This document shows, piece by piece, positions 1 through 11,510 of a stretch of DNA of 64,000 bases. A program made the position numbers and the translations under genes. This DNA comes from Thalia democratica. Taxonomy: Eukaryota. The stretch spans positions 2,852,001-2,916,000 of the forward strand of contig OZ241831.1 of the NCBI GenBank assembly GCA_965202585.1, read 5' to 3'. Every line of letters starts with the position of its first letter. The first letter of the stretch is position 1. The notes under the pieces were generated by a model. It worked only from the letters and a program-made list of their open reading frames with translations. It did no database searches and had not been told where the DNA came from.

Positions 1-1633
1 ACATACTATTACGATAATAACACGCTTAATTTGAATAGAACGTTTTACTATATATAATAATAACATTATTCAACTAAACAAATTACCTTAATATTTCCAA
101 AAAATCCAAGTTAAATTAAGTAAATTTTTTAGATCACTGGCCGATATTATTTTATATTACTCGGGGAAGTTTTACAATTTGCTAGATAATAGACGAATTT
201 TTTTTACGGGTCGCAGTTATTTAAAACAGATGTGGTAAACAAAAGGAAAAAAAAAATAAACGAAATAATTGAAAATGAATTTCTAGTAGTTATTAATTGA
301 TAAATTTACAACCTAATTATAATTTTTAACTACAAAAACTTTATTTTCTTCTAAACTAGTTTGTCTTTAGCTGAAAAGTACATCGTGGGCCAAACATTTT
401 AGTTTTTGGAAAATTCAGCACCTGGACCACTGGTTGTCATTTTCTTATCTGAATAGTTTAAAACAATTTCATATAATTTAAGCTAAATTTCAATACTCAC
501 CATAGATCTTCAAAAAATATAGTTGAGTATGTTATATACTTCGAACAGCTTACAATAAGTTATTAGTAGTAGTTTAACAATAAATATAACTCACTTTGTA
601 AAGCTTTATTTTTTAAATATTTATTTATAAGTATTTAGAAAACTGTATAAAAAAATAACATGTGTAAACTCTGAAATAAGTGGAAACTGACATAAGCTAA
701 CCAACAAAGGACAATTATAACTAACAAAGAAGGTCATTTATAAAAAAAAATCAAAAGTTGCTTTGTTATTTTCATATACCAAGTTTTTGTCTACTATATT
801 GGTTATTGTTATCATAAATGATTTGAGTTGTACTAAAAAAAATTTAAAGCGACGTACGATCTAATTATTTTAATAACTAAACTACACAACTTATATCAGA
901 AGTACTAAACTGCTAAACTACAACTTTTTTAAATACATGAATAATCTCAAGAAATATCGTGGTCATTTTTGAAGATTTGAGTTTGAATAGTTAATAATTT
1001 TAAACATTGGTAATTAAATTAAATATTATTTACTCATTAAATTTATTAAAATTTTTAAGAACATTTTGTTTTAAACAACTTTATTTAGTTTAAACACATT
1101 TATGGGTTAATAAACAACAGGCTCCAACCTGATTTCAAAGATAGAGTATCAAAGAAATTCATAAAACTATAATCTTAAATAATATGGTCACAATTTTTAG
1201 TGTAATTATACACTCGAATGCAAGTGAACTGCTTTAGCTGATGTTAATATTATTTTGTTTTATAAAAAATTGACTTAAAATCCTCGCAATAGCATCTTTA
1301 AAACATGATCATTTTTTTGTACAAAATTGTGTTGTTTAAAATACTATTCGCTTAACTTATTATAACATCATTTTAACAATTTAATAAAATTAATTATATC
1401 ATAGTTGAATTCAACATTTACTTTTTAACTCTTATATTAACTTTAAAGCTTTACATAAGTTATCAAGACATAAGTTGTTTCTATTACGTATACTACATAT
1501 CAATATCCATTTATTTTTTAGTTAACTGTTTAAGTTATCTTATTAACAAATTGCTGCGGAAACCTCGTACTGTACTTAATTTAAAAACCTTAAATTTAAA
1601 AAATTAATTACTTTCACTTACAAAACATGTTTT

Positions 1634-1920
1634 GTAATAATGATGTTTTTGTCATTTTTATATTGTTTTAACTCTATTATGCAACCCTTAATCTTTCTGA
1701 AGTCGCCTAAATCAATTTATGTACCACTATAACCGCAAAATCACAAAGTTTGGCATCTAAACTGTTATGAGCTTCTGTACTTAGTTATAGACCATAGAAA
1801 GTACCACTATTAACTGCTTATTTATAGTGGTATACAAATTTGTTTAGGTGACTTCAGAATGATTAAGGGTTGCATAAAAGAGTTTAAACATCTTAAAAAT
1901 GACGAAAACATCATTATCAC
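1634..1920. mobile_element. Inverted-repeat (MITE/foldback-like) element in serpin 3' flank, unit 1
   Basis: Imperfect arms of about 100 bp (1634-1732 and 1822-1920, e.g. ttatgcaacccttaatc / gattaagggttgcataa) around an 89-bp spacer. No clear TSD seen. Confidence 0.65.
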
Positions 1921-2699
1921 TAATTCGGATAAAGGTTCTGGTGTTGTAGTTTAAATTTTTCACATTATGTTAGTAAATAGGAAAATGTATTAAACGATTG
2001 CACCAAATTGAAACATATAGGTTATGTTTCTTCAATGTTTATTGTCAGTTGTTAACAAGTGTAAAGTTTAAGTCAAATTAAGCGTGTTATTATCATAATC
2101 GTATATTTTATATCTTATACGCTATCTTACGTATCACTAGTAGATTTCAATAAAATCATTATATATCGTTAACTAGTAAATATTATCAGTAAACTAATTT
2201 TTAAAACATGATATTTCTTTATCTATTTGTGTTTTTTCATAACTACTTTCTACTCAAATAAATGTAACATCAATTTAACATTTTGATAAAATTCAGTATA
2301 TACAAGTAATATAAAACGTATACTATTTTTATTCTTAGAGCTTCACACAATTTGTCATGGTATTAGCTGTTTGTTTTGCGTATCAATATTAAATTAATTT
2401 TGAAACGGTCCAGCTTATCACAATACTTCAAAATTATTTAGATGTAACTGAGTAGAATACCTATTTACTTGCTGCTGAACCCTTTTAAGTTGTAAAAAAA
2501 TAGCTATTTCCGTTTGATTTTTATACTAAACAAGATCATTGTTAAGATATCTTAATTTATTTAACAAAAATCAACATTTACACAACCAAACCTATTCTTT
2601 ATTAAACTCAATGAAAACCATGCATATCATCAAACACAACTTCATAATAAAAAAGAATATTACAGGATGTACAAACGAAAACAATCGAATAAAACTTCA

Positions 2700-3818
2700 T
2701 TACAAAGAAGTTACTTTTCCCATGAACAAAGTTTGATTTTTGAACAAAATCATCAACACAAACGGATGATCAACTGTAAAGCGAATTGGCTCATTGACTG
2801 GACAAAAATCACAAATATAATTCTTAACTAATCCAGTTGCTGCTGCAGCTTCAGTTCCATTTTCATCTGTCTCAAAAAAGGCTTTGTGGACTGCTTCGGA
2901 GACGTAAAGTCCACTTGATTGCGTGGACATTGCACTAAAATCTGCAAGACTTTTATCAAAAGCATCTTTCACTCCCAACAAACGTAAGCATTGGATCAAT
3001 TCAGCTTTATACTCAAATTTGAACTTTGGCATTCTCAACGAGATGTCTTTATCACAGTATTTATTAATATCTTTGAGGTTTTCAACTGTTTTAATGTCCA
3101 GTTTTTGGATCACACTTTTCAATCCAAATTTCTCATCAGGTAAAATTATCAGCATACTAAAATCTGGTTGCTTGTAAGAAATTCTGACGCACTTGAACCC
3201 TTTTTCATCAACTGAAACATACGGAAATTCATTTCTCTTTATCATCATTTTAACAGTAGAAGTTTTATTTTCTGTACAATAGAATGGAGCTTTGTAGGTG
3301 TCTTAATGTTTGAACTTATCAAACCAATCACCTTTAAAGTAGACACAACTAACTAGAACACATACAGTTTCAGGAATCAATTTTTTAAACAAAACTTTAA
3401 TTTTTCCATTAGTACAACGTGCAACCCAGCCATTGATTTTATTTTTAGATTTGTCTGCATTGTTGTTGTAGTCTAAAGACTGGATTTGACATTTGAAAGC
3501 AGTTTTCATTTCACTCTTGTATTTTGCATCCATTATAAATGTTTCTGAGGGAAAGACAGAGTTAGCAAGTTCAACTTTTAAACTATTAGAATCGTAATTA
3601 AGTACATCATTCAACGCTTTGAGCTTAGAAAGAAGTTCTTCATCTTTTACAAATCTTAGTGCTTCTTCAATCTGCTGCTTGGTTGTTCCATTTGAGCCTA
3701 GTAGTAGCATAGAAAGAGCAAGCGAAATGCTCAGTGGTGAAAAGAGAATGTTTTCGTTTTCATCAGTGATTTCACAGAGCTTTTCAAAGAGATTGATATC
3801 AAACGAGTTGAAATTCAT
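2700..3818 (-). pseudogene. Serpin copy 1, single in-frame nonsense codon
   Basis: ORFs 3303..3833 and 2700..3248 are in the same frame, split by TAA at 3303-3305 (TAT in copy 6). Hinge ENGTEAAAAT, RCL GLVKNYICDF and FTVDHPF signature are present. First ATG is 3818; the ORF-track start at 3833 is a GTG. Confidence 0.9.
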
Positions 3819-4258
3819 ACTGATTTTAGACACTACAATTTTTACAAGCTGAAATATAATTCTATATTACTCATTGATAAACCATTATTAAACTATTGTG
3901 TGTAAAATAGTTTCACAACTTGTAAAGCTTAAGAAATTTTTTAGTTGATTATAACTCCATGAGTTTAAATGCATAATGTTTTGACTAACTTAAAAACGTT
4001 AGAGCCAAATCTTTATCAGAGAAATTTTAAAATACTACAAAATATTTTTGAGTAATAAAATAAGAAATATATCTAGTTAGTCTTTCTAACCTGACCAAAT
4101 TGTTAAGTAACTGAACTGCCTGTAAATACATTCTGATTACTGAACACGCGACAAATTCAAAATGCACAACTAATAATAAAAAATAAAATAAGTGATATTA
4201 AACAAATAATTATTTCTTTAATGATTGTTACTGTTTGCTTCGACTTTTGTGGCGCTAA

Positions 4259-4265
4259 TGAGTCA
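4259..4265. promoter_or_regulatory. AP-1-type TGAGTCA element in conserved serpin upstream block
   Basis: Exact TGAGTCA next to GCGCTA in copies 1 (4259), 2 (8303), 3 (11952), 5 (19386, reverse) and 6 (25839). Motif match only; function untested. Confidence 0.35.
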
Positions 4266-6755
4266 CTCTTCTGTTAAAAGTAACTACTACCTACAGCAGA
4301 TTTGTATTTAAACAGAAAATAATTGTTAGATTATTAACTCAATTTATTTTGACAATTAAATTAAAGCAAGAATTTAATAATAATAAACTTATTTAGAGTT
4401 ATGGTATGTAAGGTCTAGTTATTTTATTTATGAGCAATTTTTATAAATCTTTTTTTTTAACTTATCTGACCAAAAGTTTGTTTAAGGTTTTGCAGTAAAT
4501 TAGCTACAGTTAACTTCATTAAGCCTTTTAAATTTTATAAGTTGCTTTTATTGTAGATATATAGTAATATAATTTGGTTATTTATAGTTGCTATATATAT
4601 GTATGTATATACAAACTACAGTTGGTAATTGTACTTTTGAAAGTTTTAAAATACACTAATAAAGGTATTTTATTACTTTTGAAACGAAAACATAGATAAA
4701 GTAATATAAAGTAGCAAAGAGTTTAAACAATTATATGTTATTTATTTGATACTTTTCAAAAACAAGTATAGCTAATAAGCACACATTATATTAATATCAT
4801 TGAAACTTACTTAAAAAAGTTTTAAGGCTTGTGTTTTGTTTGATAACTTTTTACAAAAAACTTAACTACAAAAACTTTATTTTATTCTAGTATGTTTTTA
4901 GCTAAAAAGTACATCGCGGACTAAACATTTTAGTTTTTGGAAAATTAGGCACCTGGACCGCTATTTGCCGTGTTCTGATCGGAATAGTTAAAACACTTTA
5001 ATAAAAATTAAGCTAAATTTTAATACTTACCCTAGATCTTCAAGGACTATAGTTTTTAAATTTTATACTTCGAATAGTTTATAATAAGTTATTAGTAGTT
5101 GTTTAATACTGAAAAAATAGTTTACTTTGTTAAAGCTTTATCTTTAAAATATTTATGTATAAGTATTTAGAAAACTGTTTAAACAAATAACATGTGTAAA
5201 CTAGGAAATAAGTGGAAACTTACAAAAGCTAATTGTTACTAACAAAAAAAGGTTAGTTTTTAGTTTCTTATCAAGGAAAAATTAAGAATTTCCTAGTTAT
5301 TTTGGTTCACTTCGTTTTTGTCTACTAAAATGGTGAGTCTTATCAAAAATGATTTAGGTTGTACTAAAAAAAATTCAAAGCGACCAACGATCTAATTATT
5401 TTTATAACTAAACTACACAACTTATATCATAAGTTAAAAACTGCTAATTATTGGTAATTAAAATAAATATTTTCGTTCATTTGATTTATTAAAATTTGAA
5501 GAACAGTTTGTTTTATACAACTTGATTTACTTTAAACACATTTATGGGTTAATAAACACCAGGCTCCAACCTGATTTCAAAGATAGAATATCAAAGAAAT
5601 TCATAAAACTATAATCTTAAATAATATGGTTACAATTTTTAGTGTATTAATACACTCGAATGCAAGTGAACTGCTTTAGCCGAAGTTAATATTATTTTGT
5701 TTTATAAAAAATGACTTTAATCCTCGCAAAAGCATCTTTAAAACATAATTATTTTTTGTACAATTTTGTCTTGTTTAAAAATACTATTAGCTTAACTTAT
5801 TATAACATCATTTAAACAATTTAAAAAGTTTATTATATCATAGTTGTATATAACATTTACTGTTTTAATTATCAGAGCTTTACATTACTTATTAAGACAT
5901 AAGTTTTTTCTATTACGTTTCAGTATCTTTTTTTTTATAATTAACTGTTTAAGTTATCTAATTAACAAATTGCTGCGGAAACCTCGTGCTGTTTTAGATT
6001 TATAAAATTTTAAGTTATGTTAAATTCTTCACATTATGTTAGTAAAATGGAAAATGTATTAAGCGATTGCACTAAATTCAATCATATAGGTTATGTTTTT
6101 GAAATGTTTATTATCAGTGGTTAACAAGTATAAGGTATAAGTAAAATTAAGCGTGTTATTATCATAATCGTATGATTTATATCTTATACGCTATCTTACG
6201 TATCACTAGTAGACTTCGATAAAATCATTATATATCGTTAACTAGCAAATACTATCAATAACTTATGATTGTTTTCTTTATCTAATTGTGTTTTTTCATA
6301 ATTACTTTTTACTTAACTAAATGTAACATCAATTTAACATTTTGATAAAATTCAGTATATACAAGTAATATATAATGTATACTATTTTTATTCTTAGAGC
6401 TTCACACAATTTGTCATGACATTAGCTGTTTGTATTACGAATCAATATTACCAATTAATTTTGAAACATTCCTACTTATCAAACTACTTCAAAAGTATTT
6501 AAATATAACTGAATAGAATATCTATTTACTTGCTGCTGAAGCCTTTTATATTAAAAAAAATCTATTTACATTTAGTTTTTGCTAAATATGACAACTGTTA
6601 AGAAATGTCAATTTATTTAAGAAAAATCAACATTAACACAACCAAACCTATTCTTTATTAAACTCAACGAAAACCATGCATATCATCAAACACAACTTCA
6701 AAATAAAAACGAATAAAACGGAATGTACAAACGAAAACAATCGAATAAAACTTCA

Positions 6756-7870
6756 TTACAACGAAGTAACTTTTCCCATGTACAAAGTTTGATTTTTGAA
6801 CAAAATCATCAACACAAACGGATGATCAACTGTAAAGAGTATTAACTCTTCTTCTAATGAAGAGGCACACCTGTCAACAAAAGTTGATCCAGTTGCAGCA
6901 GCTTCAGTTCCATTCTCATTTGTCTCAATAAATGCTTTGTGGACTGCTTCGGAGACGTAAAGTCCACTGGATTGCGTGGACATTGCACTGAAGTCTAATT
7001 TTTCTTCATCAAAAGCGTCTTTTACTCCCAACAAACGTAAGCATTTGTTCAATTTAGCTTCATACTCAAGTTTGAACTTTGGCATTGCTAGCGAGATATA
7101 TTCTTCATCGAAGTTATCAACTTTTTGAAGATTTTCAATAGTTTCAAGATCCAGTTTTTCTATTACACTTTTCAATCCGTTTTTCTCATCCGGTAAAATT
7201 ATCAGCATACTAAATTCTGGTTGCTTGTAAGGAATTCTCACACACTTGAACCCTTTTTCATCAACTGAAATGTAAGAGTAAAAACCTGTCCGTCTCATCA
7301 TTACAACAGTAGAAGTTTTATTTTCTGTACAATAGAATTTTTCATCTTTAGTTAACCTTGACTTGAACTTTTCACACCAATCACCTTTGAAGTAGATACA
7401 ACTAACTAGAATACATGCAGTTTCAGGGTCCAATTCACTAAACAGAGCTTTAATATTTCCATTAGTACAACTTGCAACCCAACCATTGATTTTATTTTAG
7501 ATTTGTCTGTATTGTTTTTGTAGTCTAAAGATTGAATTTGGCACTTAAATGCAGTTTTCATATCGCTCTCGTACTTTGAAACCATCTGAAACGCTTTTGA
7601 AGGAAAGACAGAGTTAGCAAGTTCAACTTTTAAACTATTAGAATCGTAGTTAAGTACATCAGTCAGCGCTTTGAGTTTAGAAAGAAGTTCTTCATCTTTC
7701 ACAAATCCTAGTGCTTCTTCAATCTGCTGCTTGGTTGTTCCATTTGAACCTAGTAGTAGCATAGAAAGAGCAAGCGAAATGCTCAGTGGTGAAAAGAAAA
7801 TGTTTTTGTTTTCATCAGTGATTTCACAGAGCTTTTCAAAGAGATTGACATCAAACGAGTTGAAATTCAT
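6756..7870 (-). pseudogene. Serpin copy 2, frameshifted
   Basis: 1-nt deletion in T run 7495-7498 (T5 in copies 1 and 6) splits the ORF. Also a 3-nt hinge deletion (EAAAT) and loss of the 5'-UTR splice donor near 8140. RCL GSTFVDRCASS. Confidence 0.85.
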
Positions 7871-8845
7871 ACTGATTTTAGACACAACAAACTTTACAAG
7901 CTGAAATATAATTCTATATTACTTATAAATAAATCATTATTTAAATATCGTGTATAAGATAGTTTTACTGTTTGAAAAGCCTAAAAAATTTTTAGTTGAT
8001 TATAACTCTATGAGTTTAAATGAAAAATATTTTAATCAACTTAAAAACCTTAGGCCAAGTACTTATTATAGCATTTTTTTTAATTCTACAACATTTTGTT
8101 GTGTAGAAAAATTAGACATTTCTCTAGCATGTCTTTTATAAATTGTTAAGTAAATGAATAATTACATTCTGATTACTTATTTAAACACGCAACAAGTTCA
8201 AAATGCACAACTAATATTCAAAAATAAAATAAGCGATATTAAAGAAAACAGTTTAATTTCTTCAATGCTTGCTGTTGTTTTTTTCGACACTCGTGGCGCT
8301 AGTGAGTCACTGTTCTTTTGAAGGTAACTATCTACAGCAGATTTGTATTTAAGCAGAAAATAGTTGTTAGCTTGTTAGTTAGATTTATTTCGACAATTGA
8401 AATAAGACATGTCTTTAACAATAATAAACTTTTTTCAGAGTTATGGTGTATAAGATCTAGTTATTTTATTTATGAGCAATTTTTATAAATCTAGTTTTTT
8501 AATTAATTATTTATATGATCAAAAGTTTGTTTAAGTTTTTGCAGTAAATTAGCTACAGTTAAATTCATTAAGCCTTTTAGATTTTATAAGTTGATTTTGT
8601 TGTATATATAGAAATATAGTTATGTTATTTTAGTTGTTATATACAAACTACAGTTTAAGATTATATTTTTGAAAGTTTTAGAATACATAAATAGGTGTAG
8701 TTTATTACTTTCGAAATGAAAATATAGATAAAGTTTAAAGAGTTTAAACAATTAGATGCTATTTATTTTATATTTTTCTAAAACAAGTATAGCTAATAAG
8801 TAATAATAATTAATGTTATTAAAACTTATATTTATTCTTTCAAAA

Positions 8846-8899
8846 ATTTATTTTACAAACTAAGTTTCGGTCAAAGACCTCTTCAGTGCTTAAATAAAT
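8846..8899 (-). ncRNA. Minimal type I hammerhead ribozyme (mirror copy in palindrome)
   Basis: Exact reverse complement of 8929-8982. Confidence 0.72.
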
Positions 8900-8928
8900 C
8901 TTATTCAAATAGATTCTATTTGAATAAG

Positions 8929-8982
8929 ATTTATTTAAGCACTGAAGAGGTCTTTGACCGAAACTTAGTTTGTAAAATAAAT
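8929..8982 (+). ncRNA. Minimal type I hammerhead ribozyme
   Basis: ATTTATTT-AA-GCA / CTGAAGA / GGTC-TTT-GACC / GAAAC-TTA-GTT^ / TGT-A-AAATAAAT. Intact CUGANGA and GAAA core, G10.1-C11.1 stem II, bulged stem I, 2-bp stem III with near-palindromic ACUUAGU (dimer type). Predicted cut between 8970 and 8971. Confidence 0.78.
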
Positions 8983-10392
8983 TTTTGAAAGAATAAATAT
9001 ATTACTTCTCCTCCAGCAGTTGAGATCTCTCTATTTGTTTTCTTGAAACCAAAACATATTATTTTATTAAAACTTATTTTAAAAAAGTATTAAGGCTTGT
9101 GTTTTGTTTGATAACTTTTTACAAACAACGTTTAAATATCAATTTAACACAAAAAAATTTTAAAGTTCTATTACCACTATGATATAAAATAATAACAACA
9201 TTATTTAACTAAACAAATTACCTTAATATTTCCAAAAAATCCAAGTAAAATTAAGTAAATTTTCTAGATCACTGGCCGCAGCATTTTATAATTTACGGAA
9301 AAATTTTCCAAGTTGCTAGCGAGATGAACTTGATAGAAAAAGAAATATTCACAGGTCGCAGTTATTTAAAACAGATGTGGTAAACAGTATGAAAAAAAAA
9401 ACTTTAAACAAAAATAACAATATAAGCGAAAATGAATCACTAGTAGCTAATAATTGATAAATTTACAACCTATTCGCAACTAAAAAAAATTAATTTTTAT
9501 TCAATATTAGAATGTTTTTAGCCGAAAAGTACATATTGGGCCAAATATTATGGTTTTTGAACCTGAAAATTCAGGACCTGGACAGCTGTTTGCCGGATTC
9601 TTAAAAGAATAGTTTAATAATTTGATATAAAATAATACTTTAGTAACCTAAATTTTAATACTAATCCTAGACTTTAGTTAATTAAGTTTTTAAATTCGAA
9701 CATGTTATAATAAGTTATTAGTAATTTAGTACTAAAAATTTCTTTACTTTTATAAGTAGTTAGTGAACTGTTTAAACAAGTAACATGAGCTAACTTTGAT
9801 ATAAATGGAAAATTACGAAAGCTATCCAACAAAGGACATTTATGACTAACAAAGAAGTTTTTTTTTTTGTAAAAATAAATTTAAAAATTGCTAAGTCGTT
9901 TTAATATACTTAGTTTTATTTTTAAAATAGTTATTATTATCATTAATGGTTCAAGTTCTCATTAAAAAAATAATGTTAAAGTTACATAGAGTTTAATCTC
10001 GTAACTAGCAATCACAATGTTAAATGTTAAATTAAGTTCAAAATGTTAAATCAACTTATATCGTGAGTTCAAAATTGCTAAACTACACCTCTATAAATAC
10101 TTAAATTCCAACAATTTCCTAGTATAACTTTGTAAATTAAGAACGTAAAACAAGCTTTTTAACATATATCATAACTACATAACTTAAAATTTGCCAATAC
10201 AACTAAATGCTAAATAATACCATTGTTAAGCAATCTTAATTTATTTGACAATACAACCAAAACAAAATATAAACAACCAAAACTAAAATTGTTAAAGAAC
10301 CAAACAAAATCCCTTGCATAGCAACAAACAGAACTTAATATAAGAAACGAATGAAACAAGATATACAAATGAAATTAGCCGAAAACGAAAAC

Positions 10393-11510
10393 TTACAACG
10401 AAGTTACTTTTCCCATGAACAAAGTTTGACTTTTGAACAAAATCATTACACAAACGGATGATCAACTGTAAAACGAACTGGTTTTTTGACTGAAGACATA
10501 GCACAAAGAAACCTCATGGTTAATCCAGTTGCTGCAGCAGCTTCAGTTCCATTTTCATTTGTCTCAATGAATGCTTTGTGGACTGCTTCGGAGACATAAA
10601 GTCCACTGGATTGCGTGGACATCGCACTAAAATCTGCAAGACTTTTATCAAAAGCGTCTTTTACTCCCAACAAACGTAAGCATTTATTCAATTTAGCCTC
10701 ATACTCAAGTTTGAACTTTGACATTGCTAGTGAGATATATTCTTCATGGAATTTGTTAATATCTTTGAGGTTTTCAATGGTTTCAACGTCCAGCTTTTTA
10801 ATTACACTTTTTAGACCAAACTTCTCATCAGGTAAAATTATCAGCATACTAAAATCTGGTTGCTTGTAAGGAATTCTCACACACTTGAAACCTTTTTCTT
10901 CAACTGAAATATACGGAAAGTCATTTCTCTTTATCGTCATTTCAACAGTAGAAGTTTTAATTTCTGTACAATAGAATGGGAACTCGTAAGTGTCATAACC
11001 TTTGAACTTGTAATACCAATCACCTTTGAAGTAGATACAACTAACTAGAACACATGCAGTTTCAGGATCGAAGCCGCTAAACAATTTTTTAATTTTTCCA
11101 TTAGTACAATGTGTAACCCAATCATTGATTTTAGTTTTTGATTTGTCTGCATTGTTCTTGTAGTCTAAAGATTGAATTTGGCACTTAAATGCAGTTTTCA
11201 TATCACTGTTGTATTTTGCATCCATTATAAATGTTTCTGAGCGAAAGACAGAGTTAACAAGTTCAACTTTTTAACTATCAGAATCGTAGTTAAGTACATC
11301 ATTTAACGCTTTGAGCTTAGAAAGAAGTTCTTCATCTTTTACAAATCCTAGTGCTTCTTCAATCTGCTGCTTGGTTGTTCCATTTGAACCTAGTAGTAGC
11401 ATAGAAAGAGCAAGCGAAATGCTCAGTGGTGAAAAGAAAATGTTTTCGTTTTCATCAGTGCTTTCACAAAGCTTTTCAAACAAATTGATATCAAACGAGT
11501 TAAAATTCAT
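10393..11510 (-). pseudogene. Serpin copy 3, nonsense plus frameshift
   Basis: TTA>TAA at 11271-11273 (in frame), and a 1-nt loss giving a stop at 10446-10448 straight after HPFV, removing the C-terminal strands. RCL GLTMRFLCAMS. Confidence 0.92.

Larger units (their letters stand above)
8830..9063 (+). mobile_element. Penelope-like element (PLE) pseudo-LTR remnant with 5' inverted copy
   Basis: 234-bp insert absent from homologous spacers (e.g. about 12500), flanked by the 14-bp direct repeat ttattaaaacttat (8816-8829 and 9064-9077). Contains a perfect palindrome 8827-9001 and a minimal hammerhead; an inverted 5' pLTR and hammerheads are established PLE hallmarks. Confidence 0.7.

Noticed and set aside
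3819-3833. MSKIS N-terminal extension in the ORF track for minus-strand serpins
   Set aside because: Starts at GTG, is absent in copy 5, and lies just after a splice acceptor; the next ATG (MNFNSF) is conserved in all seven.
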